Positions 49,078 to 60,579 are shown, counted from the stretch's first letter. The stretch: 64,000 bases of DNA from Verrucomicrobiota bacterium (GCA_038209745.1 JBBQXJ010000002.1:64001-128000), one strand, 5' to 3'. Translations and numbers: made by a program. The notes: generated by a model from the sequence alone, not told the origin.

Positions 49078-50292
49078 GTGACACAATCCCGTTTGGCGCG
49101 GCCGGCGCCGTCCGAATTCCGGCGATTCTGGGGGCTCGATCCCACGGTCGTTTTCCTGAACCACGGGGCGTTCGGCGCCTGTCCGGTTCCTGTGCTCGAA
49201 TACCAGCACCGCCTGCGGCTGGAGATGGAGGCGGAACCGCTGCAGTTCCTCCATCGACGCTACGAGGAGCGATTGGATCCGGCGCGAGCAGAGGTGGCGC
49301 GATTCGTCGGAGCTGAGCCGAACGACCTGGTTTTCGTGGCCAACGCCACGACGGCGATCAACGCGGTGGTGCGGTCATTGCCGTTTCGTGACGGGGACGA
49401 AGTGCTGACGACCAGTCTGGACTACAACGCGTCGCGCAACGTCCTGCTGGAAGCGGCGGCGATGAAGGGGGCGAAGGTCGTGGTGGCGGAGGTGCCGTTT
49501 CCCTTGGCTTCGGCGGATCTAGTGGTCGAGGCGGTTTTGGACAAGATCACGGATCGGACCCGGCTGGTGATGCTGGACCATGTGACGAGCAACACCGGGA
49601 TGATCCTGCCGATCGCGCCGATCCTCCGTGAGCTGAACCGACGCGGCATCGAGTCGCTCGTCGACGGAGCCCATGCACCTGGAATGCTGGACCTCGACGT
49701 GACGGCGGTGGGTGCGACCTACTACACGGGCAACCTGCACAAGTGGGTCTGCGCACCGAAGGGAGCGGCCTTTCTGTGGATTCGGGAAGACCGACAGAAG
49801 ACGCTCCAACCGGCCGTCATAAGTCATGGGAACAACACGCACCGGCTGGATCACAGCGCGTTCCAAGATCGGTTCGATTGGCCCGGAACCTTTGATCCGA
49901 CGGCATGGATGGCGGCAGGGGAAGCGGTGCGCTGGATGGGCGCGCTTTTGCCGGGCGGATGGGCGGAGATCCGGGAGCGAAACCATCGCCTCGTCGTGGA
50001 AGCCCGGCGACGGCTGGTCGAGTTGCTCGAAGTCCCGGCACCCTGTCCGGAATCGATGCTCGGCTCGTTGGCCACGTTGCCGTTGCCGACCCGATTCGGT
50101 GGTCGCCCCAGAACGGGCAAGGTCGACGATGAGCAGGCCCGGCTCTTCGACGACTATCGGATCGAAGTTCCGTTGATCCGGATGGGAAGTCCGGTGACGC
50201 GCTGGCTCCGGGTGGCGGCCCACATCTATAACTCGGGTGCGGAGTTCGAGTATCTGGGCCAGGTGTTGCGAGAGATGGGAGGCGGTCTTTAA
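49078..50292 (+). CDS. Class V PLP-dependent aminotransferase (isopenicillin N epimerase/cysteine lyase-like)
   Basis: FLNHGAFGACP, NATTA, DHVTS, VDGAHAPG, GNLHKWVCAPKG. Start uncertain. Confidence 0.9.
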   Translation: MTQSRLARPAPSEFRRFWGLDPTVVFLNHGAFGACPVPVLEYQHRLRLEMEAEPLQFLHRRYEERLDPARAEVARFVGAEPNDLVFVANATTAINAVVRSLPFRDGDEVLTTSLDYNASRNVLLEAAAMKGAKVVVAEVPFPLASADLVVEAVLDKITDRTRLVMLDHVTSNTGMILPIAPILRELNRRGIESLVDGAHAPGMLDLDVTAVGATYYTGNLHKWVCAPKGAAFLWIREDRQKTLQPAVISHGNNTHRLDHSAFQDRFDWPGTFDPTAWMAAGEAVRWMGALLPGGWAEIRERNHRLVVEARRRLVELLEVPAPCPESMLGSLATLPLPTRFGGRPRTGKVDDEQARLFDDYRIEVPLIRMGSPVTRWLRVAAHIYNSGAEFEYLGQVLREMGGGL

Positions 50293-50315
50293 GCTTCGGC
50301 CGACCTCAATCCACT

Positions 50316-50519
50316 ATGGAACCGGAAATCTTCACACAGTTCGGCTTGGATTGGCAAAAGATCGTCGCTCAGTTGATCTGTTGGCTTGCGTTTGGTGCAA
50401 TGGTTGCCTTGGCGATCCGAGTGACGATTGTTTCGGCGCGAACATTTCGAGGCGGTTTGGCTCCGCTCTGGATTCTGATTTGCTGGATTGTGCCGTTTAT
50501 TGGCCCGCTTGCGCCGTGA
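50316..50519 (+). CDS. Small membrane protein with PLDc_N-like C-terminal hairpin
   Basis: Two hydrophobic segments; LWILICWIVPFIGPLA. Confidence 0.5.
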   Translation: MEPEIFTQFGLDWQKIVAQLICWLAFGAMVALAIRVTIVSARTFRGGLAPLWILICWIVPFIGPLAP

Positions 50520-50547
50520 ATCATCCGGCCCGTAGGCTGCGCCGACG

Positions 50548-51651
50548 ATGCGACTGCTGGACCGTTACCTTCTGCGAGAACTGCTGCTGCCGTTCTCGTA
50601 TTGCCTTGGTGGGTTCACGTTACTGTGGCTGGCGGCGGATCTGTTGAGCCGGTTGGACGACTTCAAGGAGCACGGCAAGACGGTGGCGGAGGTGGCGCTG
50701 TATTACTTCTGGGGCTTTCCCGAGGTGTTGAGCCTGATCCTGCCGATCGCGCTGCTGCTGGCGGCGCTGTATGCGCTGACAAACCATTCCCGGCACAACG
50801 AAATCACGGCGATCCGGTCGGCCGGGATCAGCCTGTGGCGGATGAGCGCGGCCTACATCGCGGCGGGGATCGGGGCGAGCCTGCTGCTGACGTTTTCCAA
50901 CGAATGGATCCAACCGAAAGCCGCCCAGAGGCTGCGGGACATGGAGGACGCCAAATCGAACCAGGGAGGCCTGCATCCGAACCTGGTCTTCAAGAACGCG
51001 ATCGATGGCCGGGTGTGGAACGCGGAGTCGTTCAACGTCGATACGGGGGAGATGACGCGGCCCTTCGTGATCTGGCGGATGCCGAGTGGTGAGCGCCGGG
51101 AGATCTTTTCGCAGCGGGCGACCCATGCCGACGATGCGTGGACTTTCGACACCGTGCAGGTGGTCATCTACGCGGCGGACGACCCGATCCCGCAGTCCAA
51201 CATTCGGACCAATCGATTGGTCTTCCCGGGTTGGCGGGAAACGCCGGAGAGCATCCGGTCCGAGATCAAGATCAGCGGAATGTCGTCGGCCAACGCGGCC
51301 AAGGGCGCCCAGTTGAGCCTCCAGGAAATCAGGGACTATCTCGCGCGCAATCCCGATCTGCCCAAGGGTAAAGTGCAGATCCTCGAGACCCAGTTCCAAG
51401 CGCGGTTGTCGGAGCCGTGGCGCTGCCTGGTCGTGATTCTGGTGGCGGTGCCCTTCGGCGCGGCGGGTGGGCGACGTGGCAAGTTCGTGGGAGTGGCCAG
51501 CAGCATCTTCATCGTCTTCGCGTATCTCATCTTCCTCCGGTTGGGATTGGCGCTGGGCACGGGCGGCTATCTCGCGCCGCTCTGGGCGGCCTGGGTTCCG
51601 AACGTCGTGTTCGGTCTGACGGGAGCCATCTTGATCTCGCGGGCTCGATGA
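50548..51651 (+). CDS. LptF/LptG family LPS export permease
   Basis: LLDRYLLRE, LPIALLLA, HNEITAIRSAGISL, LAPLWAAWVPN. Confidence 0.93.
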   Translation: MRLLDRYLLRELLLPFSYCLGGFTLLWLAADLLSRLDDFKEHGKTVAEVALYYFWGFPEVLSLILPIALLLAALYALTNHSRHNEITAIRSAGISLWRMSAAYIAAGIGASLLLTFSNEWIQPKAAQRLRDMEDAKSNQGGLHPNLVFKNAIDGRVWNAESFNVDTGEMTRPFVIWRMPSGERREIFSQRATHADDAWTFDTVQVVIYAADDPIPQSNIRTNRLVFPGWRETPESIRSEIKISGMSSANAAKGAQLSLQEIRDYLARNPDLPKGKVQILETQFQARLSEPWRCLVVILVAVPFGAAGGRRGKFVGVASSIFIVFAYLIFLRLGLALGTGGYLAPLWAAWVPNVVFGLTGAILISRAR

Positions 51652-51742
51652 TTTTTTTTGCGGAAGACTGCCTGGGCTTGCGAGACGTTCCACGATTCTG
51701 GCGTCGCGGAGAGGAACTCTTTGCCCTGATCATTCTCCGGTC

Positions 51743-53098
51743 TCAAGGGGCAGCGGGACGTCTGGCATCCAGACAGAGCAGGCGATCTTCGCCCCGGAGA
51801 TAGAGGCGGCCCCGGGAGAGAATGGGTGCCGGCCAGACCGGGTGTTTCAATTGGGGAACCTGCCAGCGGGCGATTTCTTTTGGCTCGCTCGGCGAAGGGC
51901 GGAAGATGCCGAGAATCCCGCCTTCCCCCAGGGCGAAGAGCTTGCCGTCGGCCAGCAGCAAGGAGCCGCGACCATAGCGGTCGGGGCGATCTTGTCCGTG
52001 GTGCCAGCTTTCGTCGCGGTCCCACATGACCTTGCCGGTTTTCCATTCCACACAACGTAAGCGAGCGTCCGGTTCATTGCGGCCGCTGAACGAGTAGAGA
52101 TAACCGTCGAGGTAGACGGGGGTGCTCCAGTGGGCTTCCAAGGCGGTGCCGGCCCAGACTTCGCCGAAGTCGTTTCCGCCGGCCTTCACGTGCAGGAGGA
52201 CTGATCCGATCTTGTAGTAGGCGGCGGTGATGAGGACATCGTCTCCGACGACGACGGGATTCGCGGCGTTGACGGAGTCGTCGACCTTGGCGCGGAACCA
52301 ACGGCTGAAGCGGACCTTGCCGGTGAGGGGATCGAGGGCGACCAGCCCTTGGCGCATGAGGCAGAAGGCGGTGCGTTGTCCGGCGACATCCGCGACGACC
52401 GGTGCCGCGTAGCTGGCCTGCTTCTCGTAGTCGCGCCAAGCGACGGTGCGTTCACCGGGCCAGCCGAGCATGGGCTGGCCCTGCCAGTTGGAGGCGCCGA
52501 CGCTTTCCCAGACGGTTTTGCCGGTATCAGCGGCGAAGGCGACGACGCCAGAATTGGGCTGGCCACCGACCATGACGATCAGCAGATCGCCCTCCAGCAC
52601 CGGGGTGCTGCCGACACCGAAGAAGGCTTCGGGAACGTGGAAGTCTTTGGAGGTGTCGCGTTGCCAGACGGGTTGGCCGGTCACGAGGTCTAGGCTGGTC
52701 AACCGTCCTTCGGCGCCGAACGTATAGACGCGATTCGACGAGAGAACGGGCGAGCATCGGGGCCCGTTGTTGTAGCCGTAGGGATCGCGGAAGGCCGTCT
52801 TGTCCGTGTGTTTCCAAAGGGTTTTGCCGGTATCGGCCGTGACGGCTTCGGTGATCTCCTCGTCGCCGAGGCGGTGGAAGACGACGAGCGTGTTGCCCAA
52901 AACGGAGGGCGCGCTGTAGCCGGTGCCGATGGGCTTCTCCCAAAGCGAGGGCAGCCCGTTGGTGGGGATCCGGTCGACGAGATTCGTTTCGGGCGAGGTG
53001 CCGTCGGCATTGGGACCGCGGAAGCGGGGCCAGTCGGCCGCCCCCAGCGGGTGGACGGCGAGGGAGAGAAGAAGGAGGACCGTGGGGATCGGGCGCAT
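51743..53098 (-). CDS. Secreted PQQ-like beta-propeller repeat protein
   Basis: Signal peptide, ADWPRFRGP, GYSAPSV, TGKTLWK, TGQPVWQ, WPAPILSRGRLYLR. Confidence 0.9.
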   Translation of the reverse strand: MRPIPTVLLLLSLAVHPLGAADWPRFRGPNADGTSPETNLVDRIPTNGLPSLWEKPIGTGYSAPSVLGNTLVVFHRLGDEEITEAVTADTGKTLWKHTDKTAFRDPYGYNNGPRCSPVLSSNRVYTFGAEGRLTSLDLVTGQPVWQRDTSKDFHVPEAFFGVGSTPVLEGDLLIVMVGGQPNSGVVAFAADTGKTVWESVGASNWQGQPMLGWPGERTVAWRDYEKQASYAAPVVADVAGQRTAFCLMRQGLVALDPLTGKVRFSRWFRAKVDDSVNAANPVVVGDDVLITAAYYKIGSVLLHVKAGGNDFGEVWAGTALEAHWSTPVYLDGYLYSFSGRNEPDARLRCVEWKTGKVMWDRDESWHHGQDRPDRYGRGSLLLADGKLFALGEGGILGIFRPSPSEPKEIARWQVPQLKHPVWPAPILSRGRLYLRGEDRLLCLDARRPAAP

Positions 53099-53100
53099 GC

Positions 53101-54392
53101 TCACAGCCGGAGGAAAATCTTCCGGTTGTAGAGAAAGCGCAAGAACCAGAACGTCAGCCCGAGACTGACGATCGTCGTTATAAGATCGCCGAAGCCTTTC
53201 GTGACTGAGGTTTCGAAGAAGTGTCGGACATCGCCGCCGACGAGCCGGGCCGCGAGCTTCCCGAAACCCCCGAGCATGTTGCTCACGAGGTAGATGGTGA
53301 TGGGGTTGCAGCCGTACCAGACGAACGGCCGGCACCATCCGCGCCATTGCTTCACGTCGATCACCCAGTAGAACGCGGCGAGGAGCAGGGAACTGTAGCC
53401 GCCCGCCACAAGGACGAAGGAAGAGGACCAGATCTTCTTGATGACGGGAAACTGGAGATGCCAGAGCCAGCCCAGCGTCAAAGAAGCCAACCCTCCGACC
53501 ACGAGCCAGAGCACCTTCTTGTCGGCAGAGACCGACCCGTTGCGCAGAACCATTCCAGCGAAGATTCCCATGAGGCAGGTGCCGATCGCGGGGAGGGTGC
53601 TGAGGAGGCCTTCGGGATCCCAGAGGTTGTCCCATTTTTGCCGGGCAGGTATTGGAAATCGAGGTGGTTGGCGAGGTTGTAGCCGGGTTCGAACTTTCCG
53701 GAGACGGTTGCGCTGGTGGCGTTGAACTCCTCATGCGCGAAGGCGACGATCTCGCTGTCCTTGAAGGTGGAGGGGTTGCGACCGGACCGCATTTCCTTGG
53801 CCAAAGCAGGCTTCCCGGCGGCCTCGGCCCGGGTGGCGAGGGATTCCAGATCAAGGCGGATGTCGCGGATAGGAATGAAGGTCATCAACGCCCAGTAGGC
53901 GACGAGGATCGCGGCGAACGCGGCGACCAGACCGCGCGGTTTCAGGAAGAGGAAAAGCATCGATCCGCCGAGGTAGCAGAGCGTGATGCGGTTCAGCACG
54001 CCGAGGAGGCGGATGTCCGGCCACAGGCTGCTGACGCCGCCGGAGTAGAAGAGTGCGACGATGAACAGCAGGACGAAGCGGCGGAGGACCCGGCCGGTCG
54101 CGGCAGGACGGCCGCCCTTTTCGAGCTCTTTGGCGAAGGAGAAGACGAGCGAAACGCCCGTGATGAAAACGAACAGGGGGAAGATCAGATCATAGAAACG
54201 GAACCCGTCCCAGTCGACGTGTTCGAGCTGGTTCGCGACCATTTTGAGCGGTCCGAAGCCGGTCAGCCGGTTCAACGCCAGGACCAAGGATCCACCACCG
54301 ATGATGCAGAGCATGTCGAAGCCACGGAGGGCATCGAGGGACATGAGGCGTTGAGGAACGCCCGGAGCGGAGGATGGGGTCGCGGCGAGCAT
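53101..54392 (-). pseudogene. HGSNAT/DUF5009-like membrane acyltransferase split by a 1-nt frameshift (or sequencing error)
   Basis: RLMSLDALRGFDM, DLIFPLFVF, LGVLNRI in one frame; WDPEGLLST, PVIKKIWSSSF, YGCNPI in another; break at the A5 run 53635-53639. Confidence 0.85.
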
Positions 54393-54617
54393 GGCGCAGC
54401 ATGGTTGGGGGCGATCAAAGCGGGCAAGATACCGCGAGTCCCCCTGTTTCGGGCGGGACGGTGCGCCTCGCGTCGATCATCGGAACGCACAGGGAAATAT
54501 GGATGAGGAGTCTCCCTGAAAATTTGCGGGGAATGAATCCAGCTTTGGCGTTGCTTTGGCGAGTTGGGCTGTGATTCCTTGTCAGGCCTACACACCCAAA
54601 AACTCTTAGAACACGTT

Positions 54618-56321
54618 GTGGCAGCAAAAGACGATTACCTGATCGAATTCCTCGTAGAGATGGGAGTGGTGGACGAAGCGCAGGTGGCGCCCGCCCAGGA
54701 CCAGGCGGCCAATACCGGCGAGGGGGTGTTGGATACGCTGGTCGCACAGGGGGTGTTGACCAAGGAAGCGATCGCCGGCGCGAAAGCCGCCCACTTCGGG
54801 GCCGAGCTGGTGATGCTGGCCCACCTGCAGTTGCCGGACGACGTCATCGCGATCATTCCTCGGCATATCGCCAAACGCTACCGGGCGATCCCGGTACGGA
54901 AGGATGGAAACACCACCTTCATCGCGGTTAGCGACCCTTCGGACATCGACGTCGCGGACGCACTGGCGCAACTCGTTCGCGGGGAGATCGGCTGGTGTGT
55001 CACCACCGAGGAGGACATCGATGCGGCGCTGACCAAGTATTACGGCGGGGCCGACGATTCGGTCGGCCAGATGATCCAGGACATCACGATCGCGGATTTG
55101 GGAGCCGACAAGAAGGCGGCGAAGAAAAAGAAGGCGGCGGCGGGAGTGGACACTGACGGACCGCTGATCAAGCTGGTGGACAGCTTGATCGGGGAAGCAT
55201 TCAAGATGCGCGCCTCGGACATCCATTTGGAGCCTCTTGAGAAGACTTTCCGCGTTCGGTATCGGATCGACGGCGTGCTCCACGAAGTCCCGGGTCCGCC
55301 CAAACAGCTACAGGCCTCGGTCATCAGCCGCATCAAGATCCAGTCGAACATGTCCATCGCCGAAAGGCGGGTCCCGCAAGATGGACGCATCCAGACAAAG
55401 GTCGGCGACAAGGTGATCGACCTTCGCGTCTCCTGTCTTCCCACGGCGCACGGCGAGAGCATCGTCATGCGTATTCTCGACAAGGAAGGGCTGAAACTCG
55501 GACTGCCCGAGCTCGGCTTCTTCTCGGATGACCAGCAGACCTTCGAGCGGCTGATCGGGTTGCCCGACGGCATCATCCTCGTGACCGGGCCGACCGGATC
55601 CGGCAAGACGACCACGCTGTATTCCTGTCTCAACTTCATCAATCGGCCGGACCGCAAGATCATCACGGTCGAGGATCCTGTGGAATACGTCCTAGCCGGC
55701 ATCAACCAGGTGCAGGTGAGCGAGATCGTCGGACTGACATTCTCGCTCGCACTCCGCTCGATGCTTCGCCAGGCGCCCAACATCATCATGCTGGGAGAGA
55801 TCCGCGACATGGAGACGGCGACCATCGCGATCAACGCGGCGCTGACCGGCCACTTGGTCTTCTCCACCCTCCACACGAACGACGCGCCCGGAGCGGTGAC
55901 CCGTTTGATCGACATCGGCGTGAAGCCCTTCTTGGTAGCGTCCGCCACTCGGGCACTGATGGCCCAGCGTCTCGTTCGCAAGATCTGCAAGAAATGCGGA
56001 GAAGCATCGATGCCCACCGAGGCCGAGCTGCATTCACTGGAAATAACGTCCGAAATGGCGGCCAAAGCGACGTTCCGAAAGGGGCGGGGGTGTCCCGCCT
56101 GCTCGAACGGGTACCGAGGCCGCATGGGTATCTTCGAAGTCTTCGTGGTGGACGACGAAGCTCGTAAACTCATTTACCAACAGGTTCCGACCTCGACGTT
56201 GCGGGCCCGGGCCCGGGAAATGGGAATGCGAACCCTCCGTGAAGACGGGACCCGCAAAGTCTTGGCCGGGCAAACAACGGCCGACGAGGTCATACGCGCC
56301 ACCGCCACAGACGCCGATTGA
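54618..56321 (+). CDS. pilB: Type IV pilus assembly ATPase PilB/GspE (copy 1)
   Basis: [47 protein letters not shown], tetra-Cys; GTG start inferred. Confidence 0.92.
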   Translation: MAAKDDYLIEFLVEMGVVDEAQVAPAQDQAANTGEGVLDTLVAQGVLTKEAIAGAKAAHFGAELVMLAHLQLPDDVIAIIPRHIAKRYRAIPVRKDGNTTFIAVSDPSDIDVADALAQLVRGEIGWCVTTEEDIDAALTKYYGGADDSVGQMIQDITIADLGADKKAAKKKKAAAGVDTDGPLIKLVDSLIGEAFKMRASDIHLEPLEKTFRVRYRIDGVLHEVPGPPKQLQASVISRIKIQSNMSIAERRVPQDGRIQTKVGDKVIDLRVSCLPTAHGESIVMRILDKEGLKLGLPELGFFSDDQQTFERLIGLPDGIILVTGPTGSGKTTTLYSCLNFINRPDRKIITVEDPVEYVLAGINQVQVSEIVGLTFSLALRSMLRQAPNIIMLGEIRDMETATIAINAALTGHLVFSTLHTNDAPGAVTRLIDIGVKPFLVASATRALMAQRLVRKICKKCGEASMPTEAELHSLEITSEMAAKATFRKGRGCPACSNGYRGRMGIFEVFVVDDEARKLIYQQVPTSTLRARAREMGMRTLREDGTRKVLAGQTTADEVIRATATDAD

Positions 56322-56362
56322 TCCGAGACCGAGTCCAGAACCAAACTTTATCTCTCTGACCT

Positions 56363-57478
56363 ATGTCGTATTCGATGTCCGATCTTCTGCAGTTGGTGGT
56401 TTCCGAAGGGGCTGCAGACCTTCACATTCGGGTGAACGTACCCCCGGTGATCCGATTGCATGGCATTCTGGTGCGGGTAAGCGGCCCGTCGTTGAACCAG
56501 GAAGACACCGAGGAGTTGATGCGCAGCATCACCTCCGAAGACCACATTCAGAACGTTCGCGAGCGGGGAGGCGCCGACTTCGGCTTCGCCTTCGGCGATA
56601 TGGCGCGCTTCCGCGTCAGCGTGTTCAAGGAAAGGGGCAACTTTGGGATGGTACTCCGCCAGATCCCGAACAAGCTCCTCACTCTGGACCAGATCGGTCT
56701 TCCACCCGAGACGGTCCACATGCTGATCAACAAGCCGCGCGGACTTGTCCTCGTCACCGGTCCGACCGGCTCGGGCAAGACGACGACGCTGGCCTCGATG
56801 ATCAATCTGATCAATGAAACCAGGGATGACGCGCATATCATCACCATCGAGGACCCGATCGAGTATTATCACACGCACAAGAAGGCGATCATAACCCAGC
56901 GTGAGGTCAACGTCGATGTCCCAAGCTTTGCCGAAGCTCTGCGCCGCGCTCTGCGTCAGGATCCCGACGTGGTTCTGGTCGGCGAGTTGCGCGATCTCGA
57001 GACCATGGAAGCCGCCGTGACCGCTGCCGAAACGGGCCACTTGGTGTTTGGGACGCTGCACACGACCGGCGCGGCCAAGACGATCGATCGTATCGTCAAC
57101 GCCTTTCCGATGAACCAGCAGGAGACGATCCGGATCCAGCTGTCGACCGTTCTTCAGGCGGTGATTTCCCAGCTCCTGCTTCCCCGGGCCGACAAACCAG
57201 GACGGATCGCAGCCTATGAAATCATGATCAACACGCCCTCCGTTGCGGCATTGATCCGCGACAACAAGACCTTCCGCATCAATTCGGACATTCAGACGGG
57301 TGCAAAATACGGGATGGTGACCCTGGACGGGTATCTCGCCGAAAAATACATGCAGGGCGTGATTTCCCGGGAAGAGGCGATCAACAAATCGCAGGATGCA
57401 ACAACGATGACGCAGAAGCTCCAGGAGCACGAAGCCGCCTTGGCCGTCCAAGCCGCCCGCGCGCTCAAAAAATCCTGA
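56363..57478 (+). CDS. pilT: Type IV pilus retraction ATPase
   Basis: [65 protein letters not shown]. Confidence 0.95.
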   Translation: MSYSMSDLLQLVVSEGAADLHIRVNVPPVIRLHGILVRVSGPSLNQEDTEELMRSITSEDHIQNVRERGGADFGFAFGDMARFRVSVFKERGNFGMVLRQIPNKLLTLDQIGLPPETVHMLINKPRGLVLVTGPTGSGKTTTLASMINLINETRDDAHIITIEDPIEYYHTHKKAIITQREVNVDVPSFAEALRRALRQDPDVVLVGELRDLETMEAAVTAAETGHLVFGTLHTTGAAKTIDRIVNAFPMNQQETIRIQLSTVLQAVISQLLLPRADKPGRIAAYEIMINTPSVAALIRDNKTFRINSDIQTGAKYGMVTLDGYLAEKYMQGVISREEAINKSQDATTMTQKLQEHEAALAVQAARALKKS

Positions 57479-57487
57479 TTGGAACCC

Positions 57488-59191
57488 ATGTCCGACATCT
57501 ACTCCGATCCATTGGTGGAACAGGTCCGCGCGCGCGGTTACCTCGACGACATGCAGCTCGAAGAGGTCGTGCAGGAATGCGGCCGGACCGGGAAGCCCGT
57601 CGGACAGGTGTTGGCCGACTTTGGCCTCGTCGATCTTCCAACCCAGCTCCAGATCATCGCGGAAAGCTTCGGCACGGAAGTGGTCGACTTGGACCAGATC
57701 GAACTGACGCCGGAGCTTCTGGCTCTGGTTCCCGCCTCCACCGCTCGGATGCATCAGGTCGTGCCCGTCGGCGACTATGGCACCACCATCCAGCTTGCGA
57801 TGGCGAATCCGATGAATCCGTCGCTTATCGACGAGCTCAACTTTCTCCTCAAGCGCGATGTCGTCATCGCCGTGGCCGATCCCGCCCAGATCGAACGGGT
57901 GATCAACGAGCGCTACGGCCCGGAAACCGAGTCGGTCAGCGACGCCATCCATGAGATGGAAGGCAGTTCCAGCATCGCCAAGGAATTGGCCCAAGTGAGC
58001 GCAGGTGGACTTGATGCCTTGGACGACTTGGCGAACGAGACCCCGATCATCAAATTCGTCAATCTCGTCCTGATGCAGGCGGTCAACGACCGCGCGAGCG
58101 ACATTCACTTCGAGCCGTTCGAGGACGAGTTCAAGATCCGTTATCGGGTCGACGGAGCTCTTTATGAGATGGCGCCGCCACCTCGCGAACTGGCTCTTCC
58201 AGTGATTTCCCGCCTGAAGGTCATGTCGAATCTGAACATCACGGAGCGGCGCCTTCCCCAGGACGGTCGAATCACGATTCATCTCGGTGGCAAACAGATC
58301 GACCTTCGCGTTTCCACGCTTCCGACCCAGTTCGGAGAGTCGGTGGTGCTTCGGGTATTGGATCGGTCGGCCGTGAATTTGGATCTGGCTACTCTTGGAT
58401 TGCCAAAACAGGTCTACGAATACACCTGCTCGGCCGTGGAGGAACCCAACGGCATCTTCGTCGTTACCGGGCCGACCGGTTCTGGCAAAACCACCACGCT
58501 GTATTCCTGTCTTCGAAAGGTGAATTCGCCGGACATCAAGGTGTTGACCGCGGAGGACCCCGTGGAGTTTGACATTGAAGGCATCATGCAGGTCGCGGTG
58601 AACGAGGCAGTCGGCATGACCTTTGGGAAGGCGCTCAAATCCTTCCTTCGACAGGATCCCGATGTGATCATGATCGGAGAGATTCGCGATGTGGAAACGG
58701 CGCAGATCGCCATCCAAGCGTCGCTCACGGGTCACTTGGTCTTGAGCACCCTTCACACCAATGACGCGCCCGGTGCCGTTACCCGCTTGATCGACATGGG
58801 AGTCGAGCCGTTCCTCATTTCGTCGTCATTGATGGCCGTTTTGGCCCAACGGCTTGTTCGAACCGTTTGCAAAAAGTGCCGGACGCCGTTCGAGCCGACC
58901 GAGAATCAACTCTCGCTGTTGAACCTGTCACCGCACGACATCGGCGACAAAATGTTCTACTACGGCCGGGGTTGTAGCGCGTGCAACGACACCGGATACA
59001 AGGGGCGGAAGGGAATCTACGAGTTGCTGGTTGTCACCGAAGCCATCAGAAACCTCATCAACGAGAGGGCGCCGACCATGGTCGTCCGCAACAAAGCGAT
59101 CGAACTCGGAATGGTGACCCTCAGGGAAGACGGCTTGCGGGGCATCTTCGAGGGTGATACTACTATTGAAGAAGTGGTCAAATACACTTAA
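57488..59191 (+). CDS. pilB: Type IV pilus assembly ATPase PilB/GspE (copy 2)
   Basis: [55 protein letters not shown]. Confidence 0.92.
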   Translation: MSDIYSDPLVEQVRARGYLDDMQLEEVVQECGRTGKPVGQVLADFGLVDLPTQLQIIAESFGTEVVDLDQIELTPELLALVPASTARMHQVVPVGDYGTTIQLAMANPMNPSLIDELNFLLKRDVVIAVADPAQIERVINERYGPETESVSDAIHEMEGSSSIAKELAQVSAGGLDALDDLANETPIIKFVNLVLMQAVNDRASDIHFEPFEDEFKIRYRVDGALYEMAPPPRELALPVISRLKVMSNLNITERRLPQDGRITIHLGGKQIDLRVSTLPTQFGESVVLRVLDRSAVNLDLATLGLPKQVYEYTCSAVEEPNGIFVVTGPTGSGKTTTLYSCLRKVNSPDIKVLTAEDPVEFDIEGIMQVAVNEAVGMTFGKALKSFLRQDPDVIMIGEIRDVETAQIAIQASLTGHLVLSTLHTNDAPGAVTRLIDMGVEPFLISSSLMAVLAQRLVRTVCKKCRTPFEPTENQLSLLNLSPHDIGDKMFYYGRGCSACNDTGYKGRKGIYELLVVTEAIRNLINERAPTMVVRNKAIELGMVTLREDGLRGIFEGDTTIEEVVKYT

Positions 59192-59204
59192 TCTAGGGAG
59201 ATCT

Positions 59205-60509
59205 ATGCCCAAGTTCAGCTATGTAGCGATGGATTCGCGCGGGAAGGAAACCAAGGGCACCCTTGACGTTGCGAACCAAAACGAGGCGATCACGCGCATC
59301 AAAGAGATGGGCTACTTCCCGACCAAGGTCGTGGAAGACAAAGCCAAGGCCGGGGTCAAGAAAGTCTCGCCTTCCGGCAAGAAGGGCGGCAAGGGCAAGG
59401 GGATCGGCGTCGGATCGTTTGAGATTCGGATTCCGGGCCTGGGAGGACGGGTCAAGCCGAAGGTTCTCACGGTGTTCACCCGCCAGCTGGCAACCTTGGT
59501 CGAAGCGGGTCTTCCACTGCTTCGCGGTATGCGCGTTCTCCAGAAACAGGAACGAAATCCGACTCTGAAGCGCATTATCGGAGAGCTTTCCAACGCGATC
59601 GAAGGCGGCAGCACCTTCTCCGAGGGGTTGGCCCAACATCCAAAAGTGTTCAATCGCCTTTACGTCAACATGGTCAAGGCCGGCGAGCTGGGTGGCGTTT
59701 TGGAAGTCGTGCTCAAGCGTCTTTCGGAATTCATGGAAAAAGCCGAGAAGATCAAGGGCAAGGTGGTTGCCGCCATGTTTTATCCGATGGCGGTGCTCTT
59801 TGTGGCGGTGGTCATAATGGGTATCTTGATGGTCGTCGTCGTTCCGAAATTCAAGGAGATCTTTGCTGGCATGCTCAACGGCCAAGCCCTCCCAGATTTC
59901 ACTCTGCTCGTTCTCGCCATCAGCGACACGATCAAGAACCACTTCTTGGCTACCCTTGGAGGCATCGTCGTGTTTGTCATCATCCTCAAGCTCCTCATCA
60001 GCACCAAGAAGGGTCGACGCATCTTCGACAAGTTCAAATTGATGATGCCCGTGCTAGGACCAGTGATCAGCAAGGTGGCAATATCCCGTTTCACCCGGAC
60101 CTTGGGCACCTTGGTCAGCAGTGGCGTTCCCATTCTCCAAGCGTTGACCATTGTCCGTGAAACTTCCGGCAACATGGTCGTTGCGGACGCCGTTCAAGCG
60201 GTGCATGAGAGTGTAAAGGAAGGTGAGACGATCACGGCGCCTCTGGAGGCGTCGAAAGTGTTTCCTCCCATGGTCATCAGCATGGTGGACGTAGGTGAGC
60301 AAACCGGCGCGCTGCCGGAGATGCTGATGAAGATCGCCGACAACTTCGACGAAGAGGTCGACAATGCAGTGGCCGCAATGACCTCGCTTCTTGAGCCGAT
60401 CATGATCGTTTTCTTGGCCATCATTGTCGGAAGCATCGTCATCGCGCTCTTCTTGCCTCTGATCAAGCTCATGGATTCTCTTGGAAGCGACGGCGGCGGG
60501 GGAGCGTAG
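59205..60509 (+). CDS. pilC: Type IV pilus platform protein PilC/GspF
   Basis: MPKFSYVA, FTRQLATLVEAGLPL, YVNMVKAGELGG, RFTRTLGTLVSSGVPIL, VGEQTGAL, LLEP. Confidence 0.95.
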   Translation: MPKFSYVAMDSRGKETKGTLDVANQNEAITRIKEMGYFPTKVVEDKAKAGVKKVSPSGKKGGKGKGIGVGSFEIRIPGLGGRVKPKVLTVFTRQLATLVEAGLPLLRGMRVLQKQERNPTLKRIIGELSNAIEGGSTFSEGLAQHPKVFNRLYVNMVKAGELGGVLEVVLKRLSEFMEKAEKIKGKVVAAMFYPMAVLFVAVVIMGILMVVVVPKFKEIFAGMLNGQALPDFTLLVLAISDTIKNHFLATLGGIVVFVIILKLLISTKKGRRIFDKFKLMMPVLGPVISKVAISRFTRTLGTLVSSGVPILQALTIVRETSGNMVVADAVQAVHESVKEGETITAPLEASKVFPPMVISMVDVGEQTGALPEMLMKIADNFDEEVDNAVAAMTSLLEPIMIVFLAIIVGSIVIALFLPLIKLMDSLGSDGGGGA

Positions 60510-60535
60510 CCTCTCTTGAATCGGGTTCATTCCGT

Positions 60536-60579
60536 TTGACACGCGTGTCTGCTTGGTGGATACATTGCGTATACCAAGC
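60536..60579 (+). promoter_or_regulatory. Possible internal promoter/operator upstream of the BrnT-like gene
   Basis: TTGACA (60536) and TACATT (60561; 19-nt spacer, non-optimal); palindromes GACACGCGTGTC and GCTTGGT..ATAC/GTAT-ACCAAGC. Confidence 0.45.

Noticed and set aside
49078..50292. Beta-lactam biosynthesis (cefD) inference
   Set aside because: No other biosynthetic genes nearby; the family is widespread.
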